64,000 bases of DNA from Eledone cirrhosa (GCA_964016885.1 OZ024741.1:208754001-208818000), one strand, 5' to 3'. Shown: positions 23,737-37,189, counted from the stretch's first letter. Translations and numbers: made by a program. Notes: generated from the letters alone by a model not told the origin.

Positions 23737-25968
23737 TAGAGCTGTCAACACCACACAAGCACACAACATCCTGCTTGTTTTGGGGGACTTCAATGCACGT
23801 CTGAGTAAGGAGGGAAGTGAAGATCCTTGCTGGTACTTCCATAACAACACGAACCGAAATGGAAGACTACTAAAAAAAAACCTGCTGGAGGCGAACTTGA
23901 TAGCGACCAACCTAAGGTTTAGGAAGAGTCCGGGGATGATGTGGACCTATATCTCAGATATGCACCTACGTCCCAGATTGATTTCATTCTGGTGAGGAAA
24001 AAGTGGCGGAATAGTGTTCTGAAAACAGAACCATACAACTATTTCAGTACACTGGGCAGTGACCACCGACTTGTTATGAGTGATGTCCGGGTGAGCTTAA
24101 GAAAGAGCAAGGCTCAGTCCCGGAGAGCAATCTATGACTGGGGAACTTTCAAGGAAGATGATAAGCTACAGGAGAGGTTCACAGTGGAAGTGAGGAAAAG
24201 GTTCAGTGCTCTGTGTGGAGAGACAGAGGAGAGAGAGATTGGATGGACTGAGGAGAGTGTGACGACGAGGTACGGGTACTTCACCAATGCAGTGGCGGAA
24301 GCAAGTGAGACCCTGGTGGTGAGGAGAACAAAAGGAAGCACGTCTGCTCTGCAGACCCAAAAGTGTGTGCAGCCAGAGAACACCTGAAAGCTGCCTAGGA
24401 CCACTTCTATGCTGATCCTACGGAGGAGAGGATGGAGACTGAGGAGGTGATGAGGGAAGAACTCTGTACCGCTTACACTGAGAACAGAGAGCAGGCAAAG
24501 ATAGAGAAGATCAGAAGTGTGGAGAGAGCGGTCTGGATGTAAGGAGAGCTGGATGATCATCAACGAGATCACAGGGAGGAAGAGAAGGTGTTAAAGTCAG
24601 ATCCAGGGAACAGGGCCCGAGGATAGGAAGAGGAAATGGCTAGACCATTTTAGGACCCTACTAGGAGAGCCGCCCTCCACAGCCCAGAGCACTGGGGAGA
24701 TCAGGCGGCTGTTTGAAGAACTGGATATTGAGACAGAGCCCTTCACCAGAGAGGAGCTTCAGAGAGCCAGGAAGAGGATCAAGGAGGGCAAGGCTCATGG
24801 CGAAGATGGAGTGACATCAGAGGTGACATTAGAGGGAGCTAGAGCAAAGTGTCTTCCTGCGGTCATGGTTTTCATTGACTTTAGGAAGGCCTTTGATTCT
24901 GTGGACCGTCACTGCCTGATGAAGATCTTACAGGCTTATGGAATCCCCAAGAAGATAGTGGATCTGATATCACTGCTCTACACCAAAACCAAAGCCCAAG
25001 TCATTACACCTGATGGGATGACAGAGTTCTTTGAGATACAGGCTGGAGTGCTCCAGGGAGATACATTGGCTCCTTACCTTTTTATCATCGTAGTGGACTA
25101 TTGTATGCGCCTTGCACTGGAGAAACACCAGGACTCTGGCTTTACTGGAGCACCGGCTCAGAGCAGGAGAGTTAAGGCGAAAAAGATATCGGATGCTGAA
25201 TTTGCCGACGACATAGTTTTTGTGACAAATACAGTGAAGGAGGCAGAGGATTTGGTGCAGGAGGTTGAGACTGTGTCGATGAGTATGGGGCTGAGAATGA
25301 ATGAGACTAAAACAAAATATCTGGTAGAGAATGTTGAGAAGCCAGAGGGGATCACTAATGTAGGCGGCAAGCCACTAGGATTAGTTGAGAACTTATGTAT
25401 TTGGGAGCAAAGATTGGGAATACGGAAGATGATGTGGTTGCGAGGAAGAACAGGCCTGGGCGGCGTGCCACAGCTTGAGATCGGTGTTGAAGTCGGACCT
25501 TCGTAAGGACCTGAAAATCCGCCTCTTCATTGCTGTAGTGGAGTCTGTGCTGCTGTACGGGTCTGAGACTTGGACACTGACCAGGAAACTTACTCAGATG
25601 GTGGATGGATGCTACACAAGAATACTGAGGATGGCTCTGAACATTAATCAGTATACACTGAGGATTAAAACCTCAGAGCTGTATGGGAGCCTCCCAAAAG
25701 TCAGCTCAAAAGTGACACAGAGGAGTCTGAGGTTAGCTGGACATGCTCACCGGCATCGAGAGTTGACATTGCACTCATTGCTCCTGTGGGAGCCCCTACA
25801 TGGACACACTTGGAGAGGTAGACCAAGATTAACGTATGTTGATGCCCTAAGGACAGACACTGGTCTGTTGGAAACGCAGGACATGGCAGCGATAATGAGG
25901 GACAGAGGCCGCTGGAGAGAACTCGTTCATAGATCTCGGGAATTTTATCCGCCCGAGAAAAAAAAAAA
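23737..25968 (+). mobile_element. Degenerate RTE-clade LINE (APE endonuclease plus RT), 5'-truncated, internally deleted, short poly(A) end
   Basis: [23 protein letters not shown]; FIDFRKAFDSV, GVLQGDTLAPYLF, FADD, LLYGSETW; multiple frameshifts. Confidence 0.88.
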
Positions 25969-26040
<72 letters not shown>

Positions 26041-26043
<3 letters not shown>

Positions 26044-26342
26044 GTGGGAGGTGAAAAGGATTTGGAACTGCCATGAAGTCAAAGTGATCCCGATTGTCAT
26101 AGGCACACTGGGGACTATCTCCAAAAGTTTCCAGGGATGGTTAAAGAAAATCGGCCCCTTCACGCTTTTTGGAACGCTTCAAAAGGCATGCTTGCTTGGA
26201 ACAGCAAGAACCCTCCGATACGTCCTGAATATCTGAGGCTGCAGGTAGTGGCTTGATATTCATTCCAACGGACTTTCCAGTTAACCAACATCAATGACTG
26301 AGATTCAAGGAATAACAACAATAATAATAATAATAATAATAA
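26041..26342 (+). mobile_element. R4/Dong-type LINE family A, 3' fragment in (TAA)n
   Basis: Nearly identical to 35837-36120; TAA repeats on both sides. Confidence 0.9.
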
Positions 26343-26593
26343 TGCTTTCTTTAATAACCACAAGGGTTTACATAAAGTAGACATTAAGGACAGTACATGA
26401 CAATACAGGACGGTACAAATGGGCATTTCTGCGTGTAATAAACAAGAAACAAAGGATGTAATAATAGAACAATGAAAAAATTCCCCAATAGGGGGGAGAC
26501 TTCCGAGGGACATTCGTGGAGAAAGCCCATTAAAAAGCCACAGTGACCCTGACGACCAGGGCAAGTGCCCTCTCCCAGTTTTCCACCTTTAAT

Positions 26594-29500
26594 TTACGGA
26601 CACATACTCAGAGTAGGCCCATTCACTCGGGCCATTCTTGCATCTCTCACCCATCTTTCAACAAAATGCTGGGAAGAGAGCACTTCCCTCTCTACCCTGA
26701 TTTTCCTTTTCAAATGAAATTTGAAAAAGTTAATCAGGGCATCACCGAAGAGGTAAGTGCTCGTCTTCAGCCCTTTCAAACGTGTCCACCATAATATCTC
26801 TTTCGCCATGGCCACCAGACAGATAAAAACTGCTTGCCCTTCCCGGCTAAAGGAAGAGGGCGGGGAAATCTTCACGATGGACTCAGCTGATAGCTGGATC
26901 CGACCTACACGCGACAGCAGGGGTTCGACATAAACCCACAAGTCAGCAATGCTCGGACACTGGACGAGTGCGTTCAGGACGGTTTCGTCGCCCTGCGCGC
27001 ATCTCGGACATGCTCGGCTGACGGCACCTCCATGACTGTAGAGTTTATCCCGAACTGGCAAAGCTCCTCGGTAGCACTGCCAGACCAGGGATTTCTGGAA
27101 GTTGTCCATAGGCCTCGGCCCGAAAGTTCTTCCGAAGAGATTGGCTAGTTGATTTTCGTCGACGCCTAGAGTTTCCCCAAGTACGTCGTCGCTCTGCCCC
27201 TCCACTAATCCTCTATAGAACGCCAAGGTGGAGTTTCCACCGATCACATTGCCCGATTGGTCGAGGGCTGTGAGCGCCTGAAGCCATTCCAGTCTCCAAG
27301 TGCTCCCTCTCGGTCATCGCTTGACCCAGGACTGCAGCTCCGTCAAGGAGACGAGCTGGGGAAAGACGCGTCTAGCAAACGGCAACCACACCTGATCACC
27401 GTCGAGAAAGAGGTGGAGATGTCGTAGCCTGAGCGCGTGTCTGCGCATCATCAGCCACGGCATTCCCAGCCCTCCACGTAGCGTGTGTGTTCACAGCAGA
27501 TGGACCGCCTGACCATCGGAGCGCGTCCCTTCCACAAAAAGCGAAAGAGAAAACGCTCCAGCGTGTCAGGCGGGGCTTAGGACGAGGGTCAGGCGGTAGT
27601 AGATGACGGACGCGATATACGCGTTAGCCACCTCCGCTCGACCTTTCAGGGATAGCTTCCTCTCGGCCCATTTCTGGGTGAGAGAAGTCACCCTTCTCGT
27701 CACCTCGTCCCAGTTTTTGTCCGTCTGGAGGTCCGGACCGAACCAGACCCCTAGCAATTTAACCGGTCCGTTCGTCCAGCGCCCGACGACTCTGTTGGAC
27801 GGCATGACCTGCCTCTCCAGGTGCCGAGCTGCAGGCCCACTTACTTTTCCTGGTGGATCATTGCACCTGTCACCGCTTCGTATTCTCTTAGTGTAGTGCC
27901 GATCGCCTCGATGTGTTTGGCGTTCGACACCACTACGGTGACATCGTCCGCATATGCTGACACGGATCTTCCGCATCCTAGTTCGCGCGGGACCCCCCTC
28001 AACGTCTCCAGTTTGTGCAGTAATGGCTCGAGAGTCAATACGTAAAAGAGGGACGAGAGGGGACATCCTTGGCGGACCGAGCGCATGATGTTGAACGGTT
28101 CCGAAAGGTGACCGTTCACTCTCACCACAGAGCTGATGTCGCTGTGCATGGCAGCGATCCAGCCTCTGAAGACGGGCCCAAATCCAGCCACCCTCAGGAC
28201 TGCCGCTAGGTAACGATAGTCGACCCTATCGAAAGCTTTCGACTGATCTAAATTGATCGAGGACCCACCCGTGCCAGGTTCCCTAGCAACACTCTCTACG
28301 ATGTATCGCATGAGGTGGAGGTTGTCGTAGATGGATCTGGCGGGAATGGCGCATGTCTGCGCCTCTCCCACCAGACCACCGACAAGCGCCAACCTCTTTG
28401 CTAGCACGTTGGCCAAAATCTTGAACTCTGTGTTTAGCAGAGTTATGGGCCTAAAATTATCTGTTATCCCCCTTGTTCGGATCGTTTCTCAGCAGCGCCA
28501 CATCTTCTCGGCTCACAGAGCTGGGAATTCTCCCGTTCTGTTGCCAGTTGCAGTAGACGTCCGCCAAGAGGCCTCCGAACAAATCTGGCATCTGTACGTA
28601 AAGTTCATAGGGCAGACCATCCAAACCAGGCGATTTACCCCTTGTGCAGCCAGTCATTGCCTCCCGTACTTCAGCGGCTGTTATCGGCTTTTGGCAACAC
28701 TCCACCTCAGTGGCCGAGAGCCGCGGTAGTCCGTCGAGGTATCCCTCGATCCGGCCCGCCGCTTCCCCCGAACAGCTGAGCGAAGTGTCGCTGAAAAGCT
28801 TCACACATTTGCCCGGGATCGAGTAGCATGCGCCCGTCGTGGTCCACCAAAGACCAGATAGTGGCTTTGTTGCCACGACGCGCCTCTGCCACTCGGGCCC
28901 ATTGAACGGCTTTCGTCCCCTCGTGTCTGAGAGCACGCACCCTAGCTCTGACAACGCAGCCTTCGTGCTTTGCATTGAAGAATTGGTCAAGGGCCAATTT
29001 CGCCGCAAGTACGTCGGTCGCGATGCCTTTGTTAAGCGCCTCGTCTAATTTTCTAACTAGTTCTCCCTCTGCTCTATTTTCCTCTATTGCTAAAGCTTTA
29101 CTAAATCTAATGGACTCTATTTTAATCGCTCTTTTCAGAGCAAACCACCACTTGTTGTTGACGATGGCCCCCGTCAACGCCGCTTAACTAGTTCGCTAAT
29201 CCGGTCTCTGTAGGCCTTGCGCGCTGGTAAGGACGCGTTTAGCTTCCAGTAGCCGGGTCCTCGTCTATGAAGCCTATCTAAGTCAAGCACACAGATCACG
29301 AATTTGTGGTCCATGTAGCTGACTATCTTGAATTGTGGACAGCCTATGCTAGACCTATCTATTTCCCTACAAAATACTCTATCTAGATATGATCTGGATG
29401 ACCCTATGCGAGTTGTCCAAGTCCACATTTGCACATTCGGGAAATCCAATCGGTACCTTTCAGACAGTTCAAAACGCCTGAGCAGGTTGGTGAGGCTCTT

Positions 29501-30016
29501 GCACCCGCCTCCCCTATCCGCTAATCTCACACAGTCCCAGCGTGAATCTAAGATCCCGTTCTAGTCGCCCACTAACACTAAAGAGTGGGACGTTCCAAGA
29601 AAGGTCTCCAGACGCCGGAAGAATTCAGGCCGCCCTGCTCCTGTCGGGGCATAGATGGCTACTAGCCTGAAAGCTTGCCCGTCTCTGCTGGTCACGTCCA
29701 GCACCGCCAACTTACCTTCTGGGTCCAGGAAGATGGCCCGTATGGCGAGATCCAAGCCTCTCCGAAAAAGCACAGCAACTCCTCCCCCCGATCCAGGACG
29801 GCTGGGAGATGCGTACACATCGTAGCCGCCGAAGATCGCTGCGAAGGCCCGTGCTTCAGAGATTCTGGTCTCGCTGATGGCCACTACATCTATGTTTAGT
29901 GACCTGAGGTCGTTGAGCAGGTGGCCCTGCTTCCATGACGACCCCAAGCCACGCGCATTTATGTTGCCTATTCTGAGTGAGGTTATGTTGAAATGGAGTG
30001 GAAAAGATGGGACCAC
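26594..30016 (-). pseudogene. Tx1-like ORF2 (APE endonuclease, RT, C-terminal C..C...H..C)
   Basis: NINARGL, SETR, IYAP, LVGD, SYLDR, GPGYWKLN, KSPGLDGLPYE, LDQSKAFDRV, SVRQGCP, AYADD, CPRC..ETV.NAL.QC; several frameshifts. Confidence 0.9.
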
Positions 30017-30210
30017 TTACCTTACTTCTCGTACGTTTTCTGTGTGATGCGAGTGATTTGCATGTGTGGAGGTGGTGTGAACTTTTGGGTTGTTGTGTAG
30101 TCTTTTTCTGTGATGCTGGTGTTGTTTTGCATGTAGTGTAATAATTGGTTGTTGTTCAAATTTAATGCTGTGTAGTGTGTATCGTTTTGGTTGTTTTGTT
30201 TTGTTTGCTT

Positions 30211-31759
30211 TTATTGTGGGTTTGTTTCTGTTACGCTTTTTGGTGACTTTTGTGGTGTTGTGGTTAATGATGGTGATGGGATTGGTATTTCTGGTGATGG
30301 GGCTGGTGATGCTGGTGTGGATGGTAGCATATCTGTCCTAACTTTTTTGTTTGATAATTTATTTGTTTCCCTCTGTATTTTGTTCTGGGAGGGGGAAGGA
30401 AGAGAATTTTTTTCTTTTTTCCTGATACCGTTTCCCACTCCTCGTCGTCAGAATCTGTCTCCAGTTGCGATAAGCCGGGGAGTGGTAAATCCTCCACAGG
30501 CGTTGGTTTTGGTTGTGGCGTGGTGGATGGTGTATGCGTTGGTGCTAGTTCTGGCGCGTTGGGTGGTGGTGGTGTTGGTTTTGCTACTGTTGCTGCGGTT
30601 GTTGCTGTTACAGTTGCTTCTGTTGTTGCTGCTACAGTTGTTGCTGCCATCTCTGCTGTTGGTGGTGTTGATGGTTGAGTCACTGGGGTGGGTAAGAGAG
30701 GTGGCCTCAACCTTTTAGCCTGAGGGCAGAAAGCCCTTAGGTGGGTTCCTTCTCCACAAACGACACACCTAGGTCTTCTGCCCTCGACGATTACGGTGAG
30801 GTGGCTGCCGTCAGTGAGGTCTATTACCTCTGGGATCTCCTCAATGCTTTTATGGTCCGCTTGGATCAGGAGCTCCATCCCAGACCCGGACCAGTTCTCC
30901 TGCTTTTCTTTCGCTATTTCGATTATCTTGGTGTTGGCCTCGATGACGGCGAGGGCGGCAGTCATTAGCCAGGGAATTTCGATGGCCGGTGGAACGTGGG
31001 TCACCCTGATCTTCACAAGTCTCTGACCACAATAGCTTGGGACGAGTGTGAAGTCGTCACTTCTTAATGGGGCCATAGAGTGTTCTCTGGTCCCCTGTGG
31101 TGTTTCAAAAAACACGTCCACGGTTCCATATTTCTGCCCACGTCTGATGTGGGTTTTATTTGCCCACACATGTCCCAAAGCTTTTTGGATTTGGGACTCG
31201 GATACCCGTTCCACTCGGCGCGATTTTATGTTAATTGTCCGATAAGACACGGTGCATAGGGGACGATGCTTCATTTTATTATGGGGCTGACCCTGTACCC
31301 ATCTTTCTTTACCATTCTTTTGGCTTCTTCTAATTCCTCCTGAGTTACCTGGATCACTTCGCACGTTTTTGCTACTCTGGCAAAACTCAGTGTAGTTTTC
31401 TTAATTTCATTGTTGCTGTTGTTGTTATCGTTATTTTTGTTATTGTTAATTTTAGTTTTAGTTGTGGTGGTGGTGGCGTCAGTGGTGTTCGGTGTGGAAG
31501 AGTTCATTTTGGTTGAATTCATTTCGATATCACGAGTTAATTTATTTTTTCTTTTGTTTCTGTTGTCGCTGTGGTGGGTGGGGGCGGCTTTAACACCTGC
31601 AGTCATTGGTAATAGCAGGAAATGAATGTCTGCCTGAGACAAATTAAAAATATTGCTACTGCTTATATTTTTAGTGTTGGCAAACGTAGTAATATTTACA
31701 ATGGTGGTGTCGGTGTGAGGTGTTAGTTTGTGAGGAAGGTGTGACTTTGAGTCGGCCAT
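30211..31759 (-). pseudogene. Tx1-like ORF1 with a CCHC zinc knuckle and Pro/Thr-rich tail (frameshifted)
   Basis: SFARVAK; EGRRPRCVVCGEGTHLRAFCP; located upstream of ORF2. Confidence 0.75.
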
Positions 31760-32399
31760 GATTTTTGAAAGAAAATTTTTTTTTGTTTGATAATTATAAA
31801 AAGTTTAAATTTTCGGCTCAAGGCCCCAATCTTTTTGAGTGTCCTTTTCAGAAATCAATGTATGTGCACTTATATACAGTTAACAATAAAAATTTTCCAT
31901 AAATGGCAATTTTAAACAACTGAAAATAACAAACTTTTGCGGAGCTCACGATGATACGATTTACTACGTAGGTCGCCAATAATAATAATAATCCCATCAC
32001 CGCCGCCACCACCCCCTGACTCCTTCACTGCTGCTGCCACCGCTACAGCACCATCACTACAGTAATACGGTCGCATCACCGCCACCACTGCCTCGGTATC
32101 GACATCACCACCACCACTGTCTCAGTATCGCCAACGCCGCCAGTCTCTGCTGGCTACCACTTCCACATTATAGAATTCCTACTACTAACAAAGAGGAAGG
32201 CATCAAAATATATAGATAGACTCAAAAGAAAAAAGAAAAAACAAACAACAAAAGCAGCACAGCAACAACAGTAAAAAACGAGAAAAACAGAGAAAAACAA
32301 AAACAAAAAAAGAAACCCCAAAAACGTAAAGAAAATAAGAATGAAGAGAGAAGCTGGCGGACGGACAGAGAAGAGGGGGGAAAAAGTAAAACTTAAAAA

Positions 32400-35300
32400 A
32401 CAAAAACTAAGTCAGACATTCGAATACTACATTACAATGAAACTTATGCTTATTCATTTTTGGGGCCCTTTCTGCCCGTGTGTTTGTTTGTTTATGTGTG
32501 TCCGTATACAGCGTGGTGATAATGCCACACAAGGGCCAAGTGGGATGGCGGATCCACAGATGGCTATGTAAACATACATTCGCCAATCCTCGATAAGAGT
32601 GTTTAAATATCGAACATAAACAGTTCGAATAACGGTGAAATGGAGACTAGAACGTCATGTGACAGACTCTCACCCAACAGGTGCCCCCTGGCTCAGCAGC
32701 AGGAACCTGACTGTCAACCAAATACTGCTGATGTTGGAGGAAGAAGAAGAAGGAAAGGGGCCAGAACCAACTGGACGAAAGAATTGAATAGAACTGTTAT
32801 GCAATGCTACCTGAAAAGTAACCCCAAGGAGAGGGGCTACAGGAGACGGATGCATAACATCTGGAACGAGATTGGTTTATTTAAATTAGATGAACAAAAA
32901 TTGGCCGGGCAGGCTCGGGTAATAAGAACTAATGGGTGGATAAGCGAGCTGGAACTGGAGGAACTGAGCAGAGAGAATGGCTTGGAGATGGCGGGTGTAG
33001 TATGCCAGACAAGCGAGCCGGCGGGAAATGAAGGTGAGGAGGTCCTGAGAACGGAGGAACCACCCGAAGCAGACAATGATCTGAATACTGAGATAAATAA
33101 TACCTGGAACAGAGATACGGCCACTGAGGAGATGAATGCTGACGGGCTAGGACAAGATTCGGTTGACATCCTAAATTTAGTGGTAGATGAGTTGAACAAT
33201 GATAGTGGGAGACCTATGAACCTAAGATTTGTAGACAGGAAAAAGTTAAAAGAAACAACAGCAAAGGTAAACAAAGTCATCCCATACCTTGAGGCGAGGA
33301 GTCTTCACCAGTGCAACAATATCCTCAAAGCAACAGCAAATACGGTGAGGAAACTACTTGGTATAAAAGCGAGAGGAAACAACAGACAAGAAAGAGCAGA
33401 GCCGTGGTGGAAGAAGCGACTGAGTGGGCAAATCGGGAAAATGAGAAATGACATAGGAAAGCTTGAGTCACTACTGAATGGGACACTAAAAAACATAGGC
33501 ACTAAAAATAGACTGGAAATAAAATACAAAACTAGGAGTAAAAAGCTAAATATTATCATAGAGGAATTGAAGCAACGCATTGTAGCAAAGAGTGCAAAAA
33601 TCAGGCGATACGAGAACAGAGTCAGTCAGTATAAACAGAACCGCATGTTCGACAACAACCAGAAGATGCTGTTTGGACAGCTTGAGGGGAAAGAAAGAGG
33701 CAACGACTTGATCCCTGGGGCGGAACAAGCTAAAACATTCTGGAGAGGAATATGGGAGCAGGATGTTAGACACAATGCCCAGGCAGGGTGGATTGAGACA
33801 GTACAGAGGGAGATCGGTGAGCAGGCACAGCAACAGACTGATTTGAGTATCACAGTTGAAACTCTTAAGGGGCAAGCCAAAAAACTAACCAACTGGAAAT
33901 CACCAGGCCCAGATGGTGTGCAGGGGTATTGGATTAAACATTTAACATCCCTCCACCCGAAGCTGACGGCCATGTTCAATGACTGCTTGGTGTCGGGTGA
34001 GGTGCCAGAGTGGTTGACAAAAGGTACCACAGTTCTGATAATGAAAGACCGAATCAAGGGTAATGATGTTACCAACTATAGACCTATCACATGTCTGCCC
34101 GTAATGTGGAAACTGTTGACGAGCATTGTGTCTGAGGAAATCTACCATCACCTCCACACAAACAACTTGTTGCCGGACGAACAGAAAGGATGCCGAAAGA
34201 AGTCACGTGGTACAAAGGACCAGTTGCTTATTGATAAGATGGTAATGGGGAATTGCAGGAGGAGACACACTGATCTTGCCATGGGATGGATAGACTACAG
34301 AAAGGCATTTGACATGGTGCCTCATTCCTGGATCACCAAAAGCCTGGAGATCTTCAGGGTGGCAGATAACATCAGACAGTTGCTGGGCAGGAGTATGGGG
34401 TCCTGGGAGACAGAGTTGACATCAACTGGAGTATCCTTGGGAAGCGTGAAAATCAAGAGAGGTATCTTCCAGGGAGATAGCCTGTCCCCTCTGTTGTTTG
34501 TCCTTGCCCTGATGCCCTTGACCATTATGCTGCGAAAAGTGAGAGCAGGATACAAGTTGGGAAGGGGAGAGCTTACCATCAATCACCTCCTCTTCATGGA
34601 CGATCTTAAGCTCTTCGGGAAAAGTGAGAAGGAGTTGGATGTGCTTGTTGACACTGTCCGTATTTTCAGCAGTGATATATGTATGCAGTTTGGTATTGGT
34701 AAATGTGGAGTCATTGTGATGAGGAGGGGTAGGTTGAGCAGAAGTAACGGGATCCAGATACCAGCAGGTGAGATGATAAAGGAAATTGACTCTGAGGAAG
34801 GATACAAGTATTTGGGCGTTCTGGAGGCTGATGGCATAAAGAACAAAAAAATGAAGGAATTGTTAAGAACTGAATACATTCGGAGAGTAAGGAGCGTATT
34901 GAAGTCACATCTGAACAGCAGAAATGCCATAAGCGCAGTAAATTCCCGAGCTGTGTCTATTATTAGGTACAGTGCGGGAATTCTGAGATGGAATGTTGCT
35001 GAACAAAAAGAAATGGATAGGAAGACTAGGAAGCTATTGACTATCTACAACATGTTCCACAAGAGGAGTGATGTCGATAGACTCTACCTAAGGAGATCTG
35101 AGGGTGGAAGAGGTCTTATCAGCATAGAGGACTGTGTTCAGATGGAGAAAAACAACCTATACAAATACGTGACCTATAGTAAGGAGCCAATGCTCAGAGC
35201 TGTACTGAAGGAGGGGACAGTAGGCCAGGGGATACCCAAGGAGGAAATAACATCAAGGAGGAAGAGCAGCCTTAAGGGAAAATCCCTTCATAGTACCTTC

Positions 35301-36118
35301 TTTGAGAAAACTGAATTTAGAGATCCACAGACATGGAACTGGTTGAGAAGAGGAGACCTCAAAAAGGCTACAGAAGGAATGCTAATGGCTGCGCAGGAGC
35401 AGGCCCTCAAAACGAAGTGGTTGAAGCACCATATCTACAAGGAGGAGGCTAGCCCACTGTGCAGGATCTGTGGAGAGAGAGAGGAGACTGTGGCTCACAT
35501 TGTGTCCGAGTGTAAACACCTAGCCCAGACCCACTATAAGGGCTGGAGACACGATGTGATGGGCAGGGTGATCCACTGGCACCTGTGCAAAGTAAACAAT
35601 CTACCACATTCTGAGAAATGGTATGAGCATAGGCCAGAGGCGGTGATGGAGAACAGTCAGGTGAAGGTGCTGTGGGATTTTAGGATACAGACGGACAAAA
35701 AACTGGAACACAATAGACCTGACCTGGTGGTTGTGGACAAAGAAAAAAGATCGTGCCTGATTGTGGATGTGGCCTGCCCGTTCGACACGAGAGTGCAAGA
35801 GAAGGAGAGGGAGAAAATTAACCGATACCAGGACCTAAAGTGGGAGGTGAAAAGGATTTGGAACTGCCATGAAGTCAAAGTGATCCCGATTGTCATAGGC
35901 GCACTGGGGACTATCTCCAAAGGTTTCCAGGGATGGTTAAAGAAAATCGGCCCCTTCACGCTTTTTGGAACGCTTCAAAAGGCATGCTTGCTTGGAACGG
36001 CAAGAACCCTCCGATACGTCCTGAATATCTGAGGCTGCAGGTAGTGGCTTGATATTCAATCCAACGGACTTTCCAGTTAACCAACATCAATGACTGAGAT
36101 TCAAGGAATAACAATAAC

Positions 36119-36168
<50 letters not shown>

Positions 36169-36190
36169 TGATAATAATAATAATAATGAT
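32400..36190 (+). mobile_element. Full-length R4/Dong-type RLE non-LTR retrotransposon, family A
   Basis: 5' UTR shared with the copy at ~45830; single ORF; ~75-bp 3' UTR; (TAA)n tail. Confidence 0.92.
32640..36032 (+). CDS. Intact 1130-aa RT / CCHC zinc knuckle / restriction-like endonuclease polyprotein
   Basis: [80 protein letters not shown]. Confidence 0.95.
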   Translation: METRTSCDRLSPNRCPLAQQQEPDCQPNTADVGGRRRRKGARTNWTKELNRTVMQCYLKSNPKERGYRRRMHNIWNEIGLFKLDEQKLAGQARVIRTNGWISELELEELSRENGLEMAGVVCQTSEPAGNEGEEVLRTEEPPEADNDLNTEINNTWNRDTATEEMNADGLGQDSVDILNLVVDELNNDSGRPMNLRFVDRKKLKETTAKVNKVIPYLEARSLHQCNNILKATANTVRKLLGIKARGNNRQERAEPWWKKRLSGQIGKMRNDIGKLESLLNGTLKNIGTKNRLEIKYKTRSKKLNIIIEELKQRIVAKSAKIRRYENRVSQYKQNRMFDNNQKMLFGQLEGKERGNDLIPGAEQAKTFWRGIWEQDVRHNAQAGWIETVQREIGEQAQQQTDLSITVETLKGQAKKLTNWKSPGPDGVQGYWIKHLTSLHPKLTAMFNDCLVSGEVPEWLTKGTTVLIMKDRIKGNDVTNYRPITCLPVMWKLLTSIVSEEIYHHLHTNNLLPDEQKGCRKKSRGTKDQLLIDKMVMGNCRRRHTDLAMGWIDYRKAFDMVPHSWITKSLEIFRVADNIRQLLGRSMGSWETELTSTGVSLGSVKIKRGIFQGDSLSPLLFVLALMPLTIMLRKVRAGYKLGRGELTINHLLFMDDLKLFGKSEKELDVLVDTVRIFSSDICMQFGIGKCGVIVMRRGRLSRSNGIQIPAGEMIKEIDSEEGYKYLGVLEADGIKNKKMKELLRTEYIRRVRSVLKSHLNSRNAISAVNSRAVSIIRYSAGILRWNVAEQKEMDRKTRKLLTIYNMFHKRSDVDRLYLRRSEGGRGLISIEDCVQMEKNNLYKYVTYSKEPMLRAVLKEGTVGQGIPKEEITSRRKSSLKGKSLHSTFFEKTEFRDPQTWNWLRRGDLKKATEGMLMAAQEQALKTKWLKHHIYKEEASPLCRICGEREETVAHIVSECKHLAQTHYKGWRHDVMGRVIHWHLCKVNNLPHSEKWYEHRPEAVMENSQVKVLWDFRIQTDKKLEHNRPDLVVVDKEKRSCLIVDVACPFDTRVQEKEREKINRYQDLKWEVKRIWNCHEVKVIPIVIGALGTISKGFQGWLKKIGPFTLFGTLQKACLLGTARTLRYVLNI

Positions 36191-37189
36191 AAGGGAAGAA
36201 GACGCACGTGGTGGTAGAAGGTCATGAAATCGCTCCCGTAAGTTTTTTTATTTTTGACATATTTAAATCAATTGTGAAATAACAATTCTTAGTACAAATG
36301 ATGCATAAACCACCGAATCAAGTCTCATAAAATTTCGGATCCATATTATATTGTTATATCGCTCAAATATTCAATTTTGTATTATATATTTTGTATTCAA
36401 AAAAGAAAATGGTTATAAATGGAAGAAAACACCCTCTATCTACAATATATAGAACAGCCAAATAACAGCAATTTCACCAACACCAGAAACTTGATACACC
36501 ACCTACCCCATTACACTAAATATAACAGCCAGATAACGGCAATTTCACCACCACCACCACCAATCCCAGCATCATAATAATAATTACTATTATTATTGTC
36601 TCAAGTTTTAACAAAATGTTTAATTCCAATTTTACGGGAATATGTCAACACAATATATATTAAACATACGCGACACAAACTCATAGATACTACATATCAC
36701 AAAACTCAGTAACGACAACGCCACCGCCGCCACCACTCCATCCATCATTGCTACCACTATCCCATCACCGCCACCACCACTCCTTCATTGCTACCACCAC
36801 TATTCCCCTGTTAACTTAAGAAAGGGGAAGGTGGCGGTATCACTAGACAAGGGAGAGGCTAGGATATAAATAGATTGTCTTAGTGACCTGGCCACCGGCC
36901 AAACGTCAACAATCATCAACAACTATGGCACTGCTGGCTCCCCCCTTCCTCACCAACAATATAAAAAGCCCCAGCACCACCACCGACATAGCCAACAACA
37001 ATAACAGGCAACTTCAGCAAAAAGTATATTATATTATTGTAATGCACTGGGTGATTGCTGGCATGGTGCCTGGAGTGGAGACAATTATTAATAATTTCAT
37101 TCTTAAGCCACGCAATGCTCACATTAAGGAACCACTCATGATAATAACAATTTTTAAAAAAACAACAAAAAGAAAACCCCGTGACCAAG

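Larger units (their letters stand above)
26343..31977 (-). mobile_element. Full-length degenerate Tx1/L1-clade LINE inserted in (TAA)n
   Basis: ORF1 plus ORF2 (APE-RT-Cys-rich) on the minus strand; both ends abut AAT repeats. Confidence 0.88.

Noticed and set aside
32670-35959. Minus-strand ORFs overlapping the R4/Dong ORFs, recurring in each copy
   Set aside because: Antisense shadows of the conserved RT frame; recurrence reflects copy identity, and they carry no motifs
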